A stretch of 64,000 nt of DNA from the human T2T-CHM13v2.0 reference genome, Homo sapiens, in NCBI RefSeq assembly GCF_009914755.1, contig NC_060929.1. One strand, 5' to 3'. The notes below the pieces were generated by a model that searched no databases, was not told where the DNA came from, and saw nothing but the letters and a program-made list of their open reading frames with translations. Of the stretch, positions 1 to 15,098 are shown one piece after another. Position 1 is the stretch's first letter. Each line of letters opens with the position of its first letter. A program made the position numbers and the translations under genes.

Positions 1-345
1 ATAAATTTTAACCAATTCCATGTTTTGGGGCATTTAGGTTGTTTTCTATGCCTGTTACACATAACTCTATGATGAATCTCCTTATGCATATATACCTGCT
101 CATTTGTATAATTACATTGTTAAAAAAACTTTCTAGGATTGCTATTGCTGAATTGGAATATATGCAAAATTCTAAAGTTTTTTTTAGAGTATTGCCAAAT
201 TATAGTGCCAAAAAATTATGCCCATTTAAAAACCTTGCAATTGTACATGAATGCGCTAATTTCCTTCTTCCTTTTCCTATATGAACACTACGTTTCCTTT
301 CTAAATATTTGCTCACCAATTTGACCGGGAACATGATCAGTTTTA
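1..345 (-). mobile_element. Ancient L1M(E)-type 3' fragment
   Basis: Motifs such as gggcatttaggttgttttc...gctgaattggaatatatgc resemble the antisense L1M 3' end; highly decayed. Confidence 0.5.
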
Positions 346-529
346 TCAGTATTTTAAGCAGTTCACAACTGTAGGCAAATGCAGGGGATAAAGAAGTGTT
401 CCAGGTGCCCCAGGCCCAGCAAGAAGTCACAATAGTGAAAAGGACTCTCTTAGGGCTCCTGGAGCCCATGGGGCACAAAAAAAGTTCTACTATATTCTAT
501 TATTAACGTTTCATCTATTACATCAGAAG

Positions 530-2600
530 TTACCCACTTCTCATAGAACATCTTTAAATCTCTCACTCTAGTTGTGGGCCTGTCCAATTGTCTTTCTAAT
601 TCTGTCAATTTTGGCTTTATATGAGGCTATATTGTGAATGAAAAACAGTTATGATTATTATATCTTTGTGATGGATTGTTCATTGTATTACTTTGTAGTG
701 TCACTATCTCTATTCATTCCTTTTGCTTTAAATTATAGTTTCTATACATTGCTATACAACTTATCTATAAGTAGTATAAAGCAGGAATTTTAAAAATTTA
801 ATCTAACCATCATTCTTTAACAGGTGAATTTAATCAATCTATATTATTACAATTTCTGATGTATGTGGACTTATTTCTAACATCTTTATTTTGTGTTTTC
901 TGTTAACTACCTCTACTTCTTTCTTTTCTTTTTAATCCCTTACCTTTGGTTGATTTGCTAAAGTATTCTATATTTTCTACTTAAATCTGTGCTAGTTTTT
1001 AAACCTTAGATCTTCATCTTAACTTGTATAATTAGCCATATATTGTTCTAACAAAGCTATTATTCCACATTCTGATCCTCCTCCCAACATAGCAATATTT
1101 AACATCACCACACCCTATCATATTATTTTGTTTAAAATATTAGTATATAGAATTTTTTTAACTGCAGGTTTTTTTAACTGTACATAATTAAATTTACCAA
1201 TACATTATCAGTTTCTATGTTTGCTGTTGTTTCTTGCATCCTTTGCCTTCATTCATGTCTCATCTTGCAAAGTTAATTGGAATCTATGGATCATAAACTC
1301 TTTAAGGCTTACAGTGTCTAAAAATGTCTTACCTTTGCCAACATTACAGATTTATAGTTTAGCTGGTTATCAAATTCTAGATTGAAGATCTACGTATCTC
1401 TACATGCATTGAAAATATTCCACTGCATTCCGCAATCTATTAGTTTAAATTTTATTTCTCATTTTATTATAGGGTAAATATCCAGTAGCTTTAAAAATTT
1501 TTTTTTAAATTTTGACATTTTGCAGTTTGACTATGGTTTTCTAGTCATGGATGTATCATTATTTATTTTGTTACTCAGAGTTACTTTGATCTTAGGGCTC
1601 ATTATTTTCTTCAGTTTGGGAGAAAGTTTAGCAACAACCTCACTAAATATTGCTTCTTTGTCATTCCCTCAACTATTCTTTCTATCAATCTCCTCTCTTA
1701 ACTGCTCTTTCATTTTATTTATCTTTTTTTTTGTGCTGCTTTCTGGGTCATTCCTTCCAATTTATTATTTTTCCTATAGAGTTTATTCAGTCTATTGTAG
1801 CAGTAGATTGTGTTTCCAAAGATAAACACAACACTGTCTCCCGTCCCACGTGCTTTTTGCAATGAGACTTTACCAATCCTGCCAGGGAGAGATTGAGTCT
1901 GTGTTCCTTCCCCATGAACCTAGGTCAGTCCTATATGCAGCTGACCAATAGACTGTGGCACAGTGACACTGTGCCCATGCCAGTTCTTCAAGAGGCCTTG
2001 CATTTTTTGCCTTCATATTCTCTCCAGTAAACCAGCTAATGTGCTTTAACAAAGCATAAGCTAGATTACTGCATGATGAAACACCAGGTGGACAGAAAAA
2101 AGCAACATGGTGAAAGCCTGAGACTTGTGAATGAAGGATTTCTGGGACCTTCTAGCACAGTCCAGGCACCGTCTGACCGCAGCTAAATAAGGCACCCCAG
2201 CCAATGTTCCTAACTGAACACTCCCCCAAGGTCCCAACCTAGAATCATGAGAAGACTTGTTTTAAGCCACTAAATTTTGGGGTAGTTTCTTAAACTGTAA
2301 TGAATAACTGAAGTAATTACATTTTTACTTCAATGACTATATTTTTTATTTCTAAGAAGTGTAATCAATTATATTTAATATCTACCAGTTTCATTTTTGT
2401 CTGTGTTAATTAATAATTTGTTGTCTTTTAAAAGTGGAAACCATGCCTCATTCATCTGTTTGAACATCCAAAGCATACTTATTTCAAATCTTTTTCATCT
2501 GGATTAATTTTTTGCTTTGATTCTTGATTTTGTTTGTGTTTCTTCTGACATTAGATTTCTTTATGACTTGGGCAGGAGCAGGGATTGAAATACATTGTGA
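530..2600 (-). mobile_element. Ancient L1M(E) ORF1/ORF2-start fragment, interrupted by MLT1
   Basis: T-rich antisense L1 signature (ttgtgggcctgtccaattgtctttctaattctgtcaattttggcttt); boundaries approximate. Confidence 0.45.
1796..2313 (+). mobile_element. MaLR solo LTR, MLT1G/H-like
   Basis: Starts tgtagcagtagattgtgtttccaaagat and ends ttgttttaagccactaaattttggggtagtt...taactgaa, typical MLT1 termini. Confidence 0.75.
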
Positions 2601-3247
2601 GTAATAAGATTTTTCTTTTCTTTTTTAAACCTCCTCTTCTATATCTCTCCCAGTCTACTTGTTTTGCAGTTGCCTTAAGAGGAGATACAATTTCTATTAG
2701 AGGAAAAATTAACCTATATACTACTCTATTCCATTTTAAGAGACTGATGAGACTGATACTAAGAAGTGAGCCAAAGGGATGGAAATCTAAACTATTTAGA
2801 ATAAGAAGATACTTAATATGTGAGAACAGTCTTTCAGGCAAAAGAAACCTCAGGTATATGGCAGGAAGTTACAGTCTACAGATAAATTTTCCATGCTTAT
2901 TTGCCTGAATGCAAAACCTTTAGATTGACGCAAATCTTCAGAAAAGTCTACCACCATGAAAATGTCTTCTCTGTGTGGTTCAGGGAAAGGGGGCCAAGTT
3001 CTACATCTTGATTTGTGTAGAGCAGAAGTAAGAGGACCATTTGATTAAGGAGGTGAGATGCAAATGAAATGAAATGTTGAGAAAGTTAAAAATGTATAAC
3101 CAGAAAGGACGACGAGAATGTCAATCCCCAGAATTAAAAGTTATTTAAAGAGGACCTGGGGCTTCCCATGGAACAGGAGCTTGGACCAATTTTGTTTGAA
3201 CCTCAAAAAAAAAAAATAGCCTTCCCTGAAATCTGAGTCACAGTTTA

Positions 3248-3431
3248 AGACTGTTTTCTGTCCTGGCAGAATGCCAGAATCATCTGGGGAACTGTTAATA
3301 AAAACTCCAAATACTCAGGCTGTACCTCAGAATAATTAATTCTGAACCTCTTGGGATAGTACCCAGGCATCATTAGTATTTCAACATTTCCCAGGTGATT
3401 CTAATGTACAACCAGAGCTGAGAACCACTGG
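3248..3431. mobile_element. MER5A/B hAT MITE
   Basis: gaatcatctgggg...cccaggtgattctaatgtacaaccagagctgagaaccactg. Confidence 0.75.
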
Positions 3432-4582
3432 TTTAAGTCACGGAAGTATCTTTAAGGAATTCTTCTAATTTTTGAACAAAGTGCACTAGAAGAGAAGTGA
3501 GTAAATCAGGTGTTCTAAGAGATGGAAGAAAAAAACACCGAATCAAAGATATGGAGAAGATGATTCAATTTTGTAATAAAATTGAGTGTATGAGAACATA
3601 GAGGAGACCTTCAAATTTGACTAACATGAATACATCATTTTGCTGTGTAAAGTGATTTGAGAAAATAGTGGGGACAAAATTTGGATTACAAAGTTTTGAA
3701 ATAGAAAAGAGGAAATAGAAGTAAATATTGACTACTTTTTCAAGATATTAAAAAGGATGATGAGACCATGACATGGAAAAAGCACGGAAATAACTAGGAA
3801 ACACAGATGTCAAAAGGAGGCTTTTATAAATCAAAACCAAATTTGAATACTGGGAACATTCTGACTATTCCTGACAGCATACTTTTTTTTATAGTCATAA
3901 GTGAGAGGTGGGAATCATGTTTATATAAGAATTAAAAACACTCCTTTGCTTTTCCCCACAGGAGGAAGAATAGAGAACACATATTAATTACAGCACAAAA
4001 TATATGTAGCTGTAATTTAATCAACTCAATTATTATTTATAGGTGTCAGTGGTTTATTCTTCTGTTTAATCTACCACACATATGTATAGGTTTCATAATG
4101 CAGAATTCCAGAGAGAAATAACTTATTGAATTCAAGTAAGCAATTTATACCGATGTATGAATGATGTGAGTTTCTAGACCCCTTAGAGAGATTTGCCTTC
4201 TAAAATATAGAAAGCATATTAATATAAATGAAGTTCTATTTGGCTATCTGAAGAAGAAATTTGCAGCAGAAGACTTGCAGCAGAGGGCCTGCAGCCAAGT
4301 CTGTGTTCCAGCTGGAAATGAGTTTTTCTTTGAAGTCAACTTCTGAAAACTGGCCCTAGATATTTGCTGCCTCCACTTCTGAACCCCAGGTTATTTAAGA
4401 ATGCCACTTCCCCTTCACTGGGTCCCAAAATAACTCTGTTCCCCAAAAGAGATGATGAGAGGAAAGTAGGAATGATAGTAGCTATTCTCATATGTGAATC
4501 AGTGGAACATAAAACTAGATTCAGAATATCAATCATGAAATTGTTCCAGGTGCTTTGCAAGAAAAATAAATTAAATAATATT

Positions 4583-6694
4583 ATTTTTTAACTTTTATTT
4601 GAGGTTCAGGAGTACATGTGCAGGTTTGTTATACAGGTAAGCTTGTGTCATGGGGATTTGTTATACATATCTAAGCTCTAAGCCCAGTACCCAATAGTTA
4701 CTTTTTCTGCTCCTCTTCCTTCTCCCAGCCTCCACCCTCAAGTAGGCTCCAGTGTTTGTTGTTCCCCTGTTCGTGTCCACGAGTTCTCATCATTTAGCTC
4801 CCACTTATAAGTTAGACCTTGCAGTATTTGGTTTTCTGTTCCTGCATTAGTTTGCGAAGGATAATGGCCTCCAGCTCCATCCATGTTCCCACAAATGACA
4901 TGATCTTGTTTTTATGGCTGCATAGTATTCCATGGTGTATATGTACAACATTTTCTTTATTCAATCTGTCATTGATGAGCATTTAGGTTGATTCCATGTC
5001 TTTACTATTGTGAATAGTGCTGCAGTGAACATTCACATGCACATGTCTTTAAGGGTAGAATAATTGATATTCTTCTGGGTAGATACCCAGTAATGGGATT
5101 GCTGGATCAAATAGTAGTTCTGTTCTTAGCTCTTTGAGGAATCACCACACTGTTTTCCATAATGGATCACTAATTTACACTCCCACCAACAGTGTATAAA
5201 TGTTCCCTTTTCTCCACGACATTGTCAGCATCTGTTATTTTTTGACTTTTTAATGATAGCCATTTTGACCTCTGTGAGATGGTATCTCATTGTGGTTTTG
5301 ATTTGCATTTCTCTAATGATCAGGGATATTGAGGTTTTTTTCACATGTTTGTTGGCTAAGTAAATGTCTTCTTTTGAAAACTGTCTGCTCATGTCCTTTG
5401 CCCACTTTTTAATGGGATTGTGGCTTTTTTCTTGTAAATTTGTTTAAGTTCCTTATAAATACTGGGTATTAGACTTTTGTCAGCCGTGTAGTTTGCAAAA
5501 ATTTTCTCCCATTCTGTAGGTCGTGTGTTTACTCTGTTGATGGTCTCTTTTGCTATGCAAAAGTTCTTACGTTTAATTAGATCCCATTTGCCAATTTTTG
5601 CTCTTGTTCCAATTGCTTTTGGTGTCTTCATCACGAAATCTTTGTTCATTCTTATATCCAGAATTATGATATTGCCTAGGTTACCTTCCAGGCTTTTTAT
5701 AGTTTTGGGTTTTACATTTAAGTCTCTAACCCACCTTGAGTTGATTTTTTTACATGATGTAAGGAAGGAGTCCAATTTCAGTCTTCTGCATATGGCTAGC
5801 CAGTTATCCCAACACTATTTATTGAATAGGAAGTCTTTTCCCTATTGCCTGTTTTTGTCAGCTCTGTCAAAGATCAGTTGGCTGTAGGCATGCAGACTTA
5901 TTTCTAGCCTCTCTATTCTGTTCCATTGTTCTATGTCTGTTTTTGTACCAGTACCATGCTGTTTTTGGTTACTGTAACCCTGTAGCATAATTTAAAGTCA
6001 GGTAACATGATACCTCCTGTTTTGTTCTTTTAGCTTAGGATTGCCTTGGTGATTCAGGCTCCTTTTTAGTTTCATATGAATTTTTAAATAGTTTTTTCTA
6101 GTTCTGTGAAGAATGTCATTGTTAGTTTGATAGGAATAGCATTGAGATTCAATGTAAATTCCTTTGGGCAGTATGGCCATTTTAATAATATTGATTCTTC
6201 CTATCCATGGGTATGGAATGTTTTTCCATTTTTTTGTGTCACCTCTAATTTCTTTCAGCACTGTTTTGCAACTCTCATTGTAGAGATCTTTCACCTCCCT
6301 GATTAGCTGTATTCCTAGGTATTTTATTCTTTTTTGTAGCAATTGTGAATGAAATTGCGTTCCTGATTTGGCTCTCAGCTTGGCTGTTGTTGATGTACAG
6401 GAATACTAGTGATTTTCATTCATTGGTTTTATATCCTGAAACTTTGCTGAAGTTGTTTATCAGCTTAAGGAGCTTTTGGGCCACAACTATGGGGTTTTCT
6501 AGACATAGAATGATGTTGCCTGCAAACAGGGATAATTGGACTTCCTCTCTTCCTATTTGGATGCACTTTATTTCTTTCTCTTGTCTGATTGCCCTGGCAA
6601 GAACTTCCAATACTATGTTGAATAGGAGTGGTGAGAGAGGGCATCCTTGTCTTGGGCCAGTTTTCAAGGGGAATCCTTCCAGCTTTTCCCCAAA
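4583..6694 (-). mobile_element. 5'-truncated L1PA (L1PA13-16 age class), 3'UTR plus end of ORF2
   Basis: ORF track gives ORF2 peptides ([29 protein letters not shown]; [18 protein letters not shown]). TSD aaataatatt at 4573-4582 and 6695-6704. Confidence 0.93.
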
Positions 6695-7364
6695 AAATAA
6701 TATTCTTACAAATCATATGGGACATACTTGTATATTACTATATTCTTATCTCCAAACAGCCCTTCAGAACAGTTTCTGCCATCCAGACCACCTGGGTCCT
6801 GCCTACCCAGAGACTTTTCTGCTTTCCTCTTGAATGCACATGTCTTTCTGGATAAAAGGAAAAAAAGTATCATTAGATTTTCAGTTTCTCACTGTTCCCT
6901 CTAGAGTTTTATGGAGAAAAATGAAAAGAGCCTTTGGAGAGTACAACTATTTCCACAGATCCTGGAGAAAGGACACTCAATATTTTCCAGAGGAGTTACT
7001 GAGATGTGCTTAGTGAATAGCTGCAGCAAGCCTTTGCCTAGGGGTTATGAGATTTCCTGGTCTACGAAGTCACATGTGAACCGTGAACAATCTCTAAGGA
7101 TAGAAGTGTGGCAGAGATCTTTCAGTTACGTAATTAATTAAGAGATCTTACTTGAAGATCAATTATCAAAAGTAAAGTGATTTGAGATTTGATGGGGCCA
7201 CTCTTGAATAAAATTTAAATAGAATTTTGGAATAGAACTAATTCCACAATACCAGAGATCATGTTTTCATAATGCCAATGTGTCTTTAGACTCTAGAATG
7301 GCCTCTGTTTCTGATATTTACACTACTTTGCTCTCTTTGCTTATTTGTTTTGTTATAATTCATC

Positions 7365-7570
7365 ATTTATTGAATATTTTTCACATGCTGGGTACTTAAC
7401 TTGTCTTATTTAATCTCCACACATAACATCATAAGTGAATATTTATGTCCTTGTCTACAGATGAGTAAATAGAGGCTCAAATGTGTTGAGTAGTTTACTA
7501 AAGGTCACAAAGCAAACTAGTAACAAAGCTTAAATTTTGATATCAGATTTATTTGGCTCTAATGTTCACC
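7365..7570 (-). mobile_element. MIR fragment
   Basis: Core acagatgagtaaatagaggctca...aaggtcaca. Confidence 0.65.
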
Positions 7571-7840
7571 TTTCATTATATAAATTACATTAATTATCTA
7601 TATGTTTAAAGGAGCTTCATAACTATATAAGATGGAAATTTTAAATCCTCTGTGCCAGCAGAATTTCAATTCAGTGCTACACAAAGCAGTGAGCTTACTA
7701 GATAGGTTAAAGGAAAGCTGAAGTAAGCTGCTGGTAAAATAGAGTTACATAGAGGATAAGCAACATCGTTTCTTAGCAGTAAAGGTGTCCTTCTGGAGAG
7801 ATAGAGCGTGCCATTATTCTGGCTTGATATTAACAGGTCA

Positions 7841-8328
<488 letters not shown>

Positions 8329-8533
8329 CAGAGTAGCAGGTCATACATAACACCCTAGCTTTGATTTAAGGAATAATCTTAGGAATTTTAGGCTGAATTT
8401 ATGTGGTTGACATGGAAGCTCAACATAATAAGAGTGATTTTACTGGCTGACATCAGAAATGGGAAAAAATATTCTGTTCTTTTAATCTTGTGATCCTTGG
8501 GAGAAAGTGGTGGAAGTTTAAGATTTTGAAATG

Positions 8534-8633
8534 GTTGTGAGATGAGGAAAATAATAAACTGGAAAACTTAATAGGGTAAATAATAGTTGTGATATGAGGA
8601 AAATAATAAATTGGAAAACTTAGTAGGGTAAAT
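8534..8633. repeat. Tandem duplication, period 52 bp
   Basis: gttgtga(g/t)atgaggaaaataataaa(c/t)tggaaaactta(a/g)tagggtaaat at 8534 and 8586, 3 mismatches in 48 bp. Confidence 0.9.
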
Positions 8634-8669
8634 GGATTTGTGACCAAAAAAATTCCTCATTTTGCACAA

Positions 8670-9010
8670 ATTATTAATGAATTCTGTTTGTGTGGTTAGC
8701 ACTGCCAGGTGCTGTGTTAGGTGGACAAGATAAGTAAAGCACAATACTTCCTCTCCAAGAGCTTATAATATGATTAGGAAGCAAGGCATAAATACAACAA
8801 GGTATAGTTTAGTGTCAAAATAAGAGGTACTGATAATAAATCTATAAAATTCAGAGAAGAAATAAAGAAATGAGGACTAGAGTGCTCATTCAGTCAACTA
8901 ATGTGTTTATTAAATACCTCCTATGAGCCAAGCAATACAATATAATTAACTCTAGGGCTAACCAGTAGAGCTTTCACACGTGAGAGGTTTGAGGTAAACT
9001 TGAAAAGACT
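8670..9010 (-). mobile_element. L2 fragments
   Basis: cattcagtcaactaatgtgtttattaaatacctcctatgagccaagc resembles the antisense L2 3' end. Confidence 0.5.
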
Positions 9011-9049
9011 AAATATTTAGTTAGGCCAGTTAAAGAAAAGAGGGGGGGT

Positions 9050-9610
<561 letters not shown>

Positions 9611-9754
9611 TTTATTTATAGCCTCTTAGATCCCCTGTTAGGGAGGACCTGGCTGTACAAAGAACACAATGTTAGCATGCCTTAGTAGGTTTATCACCAA
9701 AAGTCTGGATAGCATTGAGCATTAGAGCTTGGTAGTTCTGATTAATTTTTAAGA

Positions 9755-9939
9755 TAGTGGTCCTCAAACTTCATGGTATAGCAGATCACCTGGAGGACTT
9801 CTTAAAACACTGATAGTTGAACCCCATCCCAGACTTTTCAATTAAGTAGGTGTGGCCTGGGCCCCAAAATTTACATTTCCACAAAGTCCCCAGTGGTGCT
9901 GATGTTGCTGGCCTGAAGATCATACTTTGAGAACCACTA
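9755..9939. mobile_element. MER5A hAT MITE
   Basis: tagtggtcctcaaactt...actttgagaaccacta terminal inverted repeats. Confidence 0.8.
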
Positions 9940-10279
9940 ATTAAGAAAACAAGTTCCCAAACTTCCTCACAAATCTTATTCCTGGGGGCCTTTCATCACT
10001 GAGCACAGAGCATGTGTATCAGACCTCTCTATTTCCACATCCCAGCAATGTCAAACAACATACCTAGAATTGAAATCACTGTCTTCTCACTGAAAATATG
10101 CTCTTGTGTTTTTGCCCTCTTAAGTGATGGCACAAGTTAACTTCATACTTTTGAAGTATCCTTGACTTTCCTATCTACCAACATCGTCACATTGATTTTC
10201 CTCTTAAATACTTCTTTCAACAAATATTTACTAAGCACTGCCGTGAGCTTCATAAATATTTCAGGATGGATTTAGAACG

Positions 10280-10745
10280 AAAGATGTTGAATACTTCAAA
10301 ATATCACCGCCAGATAGCCTCCCTCACTGTAGTAAGAGAGAACACCCCCTTGACAGTCTTAGCAATGTTGTACAAAAGAAGGTATTTATAGGATTTGGAG
10401 GTCTACCTCAGGTAGTTTAAAAGGGCCCTTCAAAGTAGAAAATGGATTGAGATGGAGCAGTGGTCAGCACATAATAGCTTAGTATTGGTCATCAGAGCAA
10501 GATGATGGTTTTAACGAATAAATTGCTGTTTGATAAGTGAGCTATTTGCCTAGTCAAGCAGAGTGTTATCTCAGACAAATTGATTTGCAGGAATTACTTG
10601 CAAACTATTTATTGGTTACAGTCTTATCTTTCTTGGACAAATGTTTCACGGAAAAAAATAGTAACTCATGTTGACACAGGTGGTCTCTGTTCTTAGTCCT
10701 AATAGCTATGTCATGTTGATGTAGGTGATTGCAGTTCTCAAAGAC
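10280..10745. mobile_element. Possible ancient LTR fragment, family unassigned
   Basis: General resemblance to old LTRs only; no firm diagnostic motif. Confidence 0.25.
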
Positions 10746-12289
10746 ACTGTGCCCTAGATTTAAGGAACTTACATTCCTGTGAGCAGGCCAACAGGGTTCC
10801 GGAAAAACTCTTCCTTGAATTAAAATTAACTTATTTGTAAGGTAGAAAGTGTCCACAAAAGAAGAAATATCTGAATTTTCTCGTGGAAGTCTTCGCAGTG
10901 GAGGTAGCACAGATTTTGAATAAATAGGGAATGAGGGCAATACAGTATACAGAGGAAGAGGAATACAGAAAAGTCCCAGAGACATGGTATATCATGGCAC
11001 CATCTCTTCTCTACCTGCACTCCTAAGCTTTGGGTCAGGCCTTCCTTTTTTTCCTAATTATTTTTAAAGTCTTTAAACTGATTCTCCTGTCCCTAGCTTT
11101 GTACATGGACATCCCAATTCACCCTGTGCTCTACAGCTAGCGATATATCTATCTGTAACCCTGGCACCTTCTCTTAAGCCCATGGAGGGAACAATATGTA
11201 GTGTTCCTCTGGGGAGAGGAAAAGATAGTAAAGGAAACATTCTGCCTCCTTCTCTGGCTGGGTGAGGTCCACAAGGGGCCCCCTTTGCTGCCCAATCTCT
11301 CATTATAAAAGTGTACATGACTGCCATTCCAGGATGGGGTGGTGGTATTTTCCCTTTTTCTGACTAATGAACTCAAATGTATGGGATTCTGAAGAAGACC
11401 CAAACAGGTCTTTACTTAACATTTCAGATGATAAAACACAGATTGTATAGAGTGATGGAGTGAGGTTAGAATAGACTACAGGTGGCTTTGCATCCCTTAT
11501 TTTACCTAACCCTCATTCTTGTAAATGATCACTAAGGCTTCACTTCCTAGACTCCCTGCACATATCCACATGCATTTCCCTCCAATTGCAGGGTCACCCC
11601 GTGGACAACTTCTTCTTTCTCTCCTGTGCAACTCTCTTCTTGCATCCCCAGTGCTTGGAGACTTTAATTCCTTTTCCTCTTCTCTTCTTGGATAGTGGAC
11701 CTTCTCCCAGCAATTATCAGACCTTTGGCCTCTTTTGGGGTCTTGAAAAACTTTATGGTCTCCCACTTGTATGCTGAGGGTTGCTGGGTTAGAGTGTGAG
11801 TCAGTCACAGCTATTCTCTTCCCATCTGCTTCCAGTGCTGGTTAAGGGGAGACAGGGAATTTCCAGTTCTGAGAAGAGGAGAGAAAGAATATTTGGGTTG
11901 ATTGTCCATTTTGTACTGCAGCTTAATTTTATTTTTCTGTTTTTCTTTAGCAATATCTTTTTTAAAAATTCAGATATCTTGTCCCACAAGAGTTAATTTC
12001 CAAACAATAATAGTTACCAACTCTATATATGAAATTCCCATCCCCTTTTCTAGAGGAATGTTTAACTTTATTTTGCTTTTTTTAACGTATCTTTCTCTAA
12101 CCAAGATTAATCACATTATGTATCCTTCTTCCATTAACTTAGCTTTTGGCGGTGTCATATCCAATTACCCCTTCTCAACTCCTGGCCTCCTCCTCCTCAA
12201 CTACAGTGAAAAAACACAAGGAGAGTCCTATGACATAGCTCACCACATAACAAATCTACTTAAAACCCTCGAAGTTTTCTCATTGCCCA

Positions 12290-12480
12290 TGAAGAGAGCA
12301 CATGCCTGTGAAGAGGCAGACATTGCTTATCTCCAATCAATAGCTGCCATGAGAAAATGCAGATTAATGGTGGCAAATTTTCAAGAGAAGCCAAAAATCA
12401 TGGAGTTTAAGGGCAATATCCCATTTTTAAATCTTGGATAAAATAAAAGAAAATAAAGCAAATGTGAAACAAAAAAAATC
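12290..12480 (+). mobile_element. MER102-like hAT fragment within L2 remnants
   Basis: agagcacatgcc...gctgccatg...ttttcaagagaagccaaaaatc...cccatttttaaat. Confidence 0.6.
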
Positions 12481-12499
12481 ACAAAAAAGTATATCTTCA

Positions 12500-13170
12500 C
12501 TCTCTGTCCTAAAAGATCAAGTTCAAACTTCTTGTCAGGGCAAAGCCTCCTAATAAACTGGCCCCTGCCTCTTCTCCAGCCTCATCTCTCATTACTTTTC
12601 AACAGCTAATGAATGCAACAGCAATATTAAACTGTTACCTGGTTTTAGAGCTACTGCCTCCTCTGCCTTTGAACATGTCTTCTTTGCCTGGAGTATTTTT
12701 ATAAATATTAACTACCTAGCAAATTTCTCTTCCTGTATCAAAACCCTTTGGACACATAATCTCCTCTTACAAGCCTTCCTGGATCAACTTCCCAAAATCA
12801 TTCTCTATGGCATATTACTTCGGTACCCAACACATTTTTTTTATTATTGTTATTAGCTTCTATTTATTGAATGCTTATTTTGTGCCAAAAATGATAAAAC
12901 AAAGGTAGGGAAGAATAAAGTAGCTTATGTAAAAACACAGAGTTAGAGCAAGAGCAAGAGCTCTCTTAATTAAGTAGTTAAGTCCTATCTGTCTCCAAAG
13001 TCTACTATGCAGCATCCACTTCCATATTCTACTGCCTATTTTTTACATGTATTATTGTTTAGGTCAATTCTCTCATCCCTTACCTGAGATTAAGTGACAA
13101 GAATAATGTTTTATTGATCATTTTATTATTAGTACCTAGGATATTGTATGCATTCAATAAATGTTTGTTG
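12500..13170 (+). mobile_element. L2 fragments with possible MIR remnant
   Basis: ctggcccctgcctcttctccagcctcatctc and a 3' end cattcaataaatgtttgttg. Confidence 0.55.
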
Positions 13171-13567
13171 TACTGAGCAGAACTGTTTTAAATGCAGATC
13201 ATATAAGGTTTCAGTATTACTCTAATTTTTTTATTGATTAGTCCTTGATGTTTATCTAAATTTAACTTCTTCATTTTGAATCATTAAAAAGAGGCTCAAT
13301 GTGATGTTTTGAAAATGTATTACCTTATAAAAGGTAGAATTTTAATTATTTTAATAATGATACACTTAATTCAAGTAATCCTTTTCTGGACATTGTTTAA
13401 GAAGCAGAATATTAGCTTGTCAATACCCAAATTTCAAATCTTGATTTAGCACAAAAAGCCCAAATTTGGAGAATGAATTTTAATTATTGATTTCAGGCAA
13501 ACATACTTAATCTCTAGTTGGCATGTCCTCTCTGTATCCTGAAGAACTTTTACAGAAGGGATCAAGC

Positions 13568-14063
13568 TGTAATTGTGTCTTCCTGGATAAGCTGTTGATG
13601 ACTCATGTGTGTCTTATATATGGCAAGATGATCTGGCTTACCCACAGTCGACAAGGCATATAGACAACTTTCCAGCAAGGAGAAGCCATTCATGCTCAAC
13701 CTTTTAACTGTCTCCCCAAGTTGCTCACAAGAGCAAAATACATGGGCTAAGGAAAAGAGTCTGACTTGACAAAAACCTTCAGCAAATGGGATCTATGAAC
13801 ATAATCTTACCACATCAGGCTCAAATTCAGTATTTAATTACCTTTTCCCTTCCCCAGCATCCACAAGGAATCTAACATATTCTCACCTGTAAGGCTAGAA
13901 CTCTCAGTGTGGGAGGAAAGGGGAATTGGGGGAAAGGGAGAATCTCACCCAACAGACCATTCAGAATATCAGGAGGATATATGGAGTTTCTCACCATGTG
14001 ATTCTGATCAAGCAACCTCGTGATGGGCTGACTCCCAGCTTCCTTTTTGGACTGTTCCTGTCA
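13568..14063. mobile_element. Possible ERVL-type solo LTR (MER74/MER54-like)
   Basis: About 500 bp bounded by TG...CA with LTR-like composition; family assignment weak. Confidence 0.3.
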
Positions 14064-15007
14064 CAGAGAGAGGTTTTATTCTAGCAGATGATTTGGGTAC
14101 ACAGTACCCATTGAGATACTGATTTCTGAGATTGAACTGATATGGATGTGGATAGATTGCTTCTAGGAGATTTAGTTTGATATATGATGAGAGTAACTGT
14201 CCTGAGATGCTAAAAATACTTCAGCCTTAACATTTTGGTAAAAAGAGGTAAAGGTAATTATTCCAATTTAAAAATAATGCCATTTATTTCTTTCTCTTGC
14301 CTGATTGCCCTGGCCAGAACTTCCAATGCTATGATGAACAGGAGTGGTGAGAGAGGGCATCCTTGTCTTGTGCTGGTTTTCCAGGGGAATGCTTCCAGCT
14401 TTTGCCCATTCACCATGACATCAGCTGTGGGTTTATTACATATGGTTCTTATTATTTTGAGGTAGGTTCCTCCAATACCTAGTTTATTCAGAGTTTTTAA
14501 CATGAAGGGACACCGAATTTTATGAAAAGCCATTTCTGCATCGATTGAAATAACCATGTGGTTTGTGTCTTTAGTTCTCTTTATGTGATGAATCACATTT
14601 ATTGATTTGCATTTGTTGAACCAATCTTGCATCCCTAGGATGAAGCCTACTTGATCGTGATGGATAAGATTTTTGACATGCTGTTGGATTCGGTTTGCCA
14701 GTATATTGTTATGGATTTTTGCATCAATGTTCATCAAGGGTATTGGCTTGAAGTTTTCTTTTTTTGTTGTATCTCTGCCAGGTTTTAATATCAGGATGAT
14801 ACTGGCCTCATAGAATGAGTTGGGGAGGAGTCCCTCCTCCTCAATTTTTTGGGAATAGTGTCTGTAGGAATGGTACCAGCTCTTCTTTGTACATCTGCTC
14901 AAATTCAGCTGTGAATCTGTCTGATCCTAGGCTTTTCTTGGTTGGCAGGCTATTTATTACTGCCTCAATTTCAGAACGTGTTATTGGTCTGTTCAGGGAT
15001 TCAATTT

Positions 15008-15098
15008 ATTTTTTTTTATTATACTTTAAGTTCTGGGGTACATGTGCAGAACATGCAGATTAGTTACATAGGTATACACGTGCTGTGTTGGTTTGCTG
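15008..15098 (-). mobile_element. 91-bp L1PA7/8-like 3' end nested in the older L1
   Basis: ttatactttaagttctggggtacatgtgcagaac...; perfect TSD cagggattcaattt at 14994-15007 and 15099-15112. Confidence 0.9.

Noticed and set aside
11902-12441. 179-aa ORF
   Set aside because: Non-ATG start, low-complexity hydrophobic translation of T-rich DNA, overlaps L2/MER102 remnants, no recognisable domain.
14258-14902. 214-aa and other RT/EN-like ORFs as functional genes
   Set aside because: Fragments of decayed L1 ORF2 with stops and frameshifts; no intact ORF1 or ORF2 in the window.
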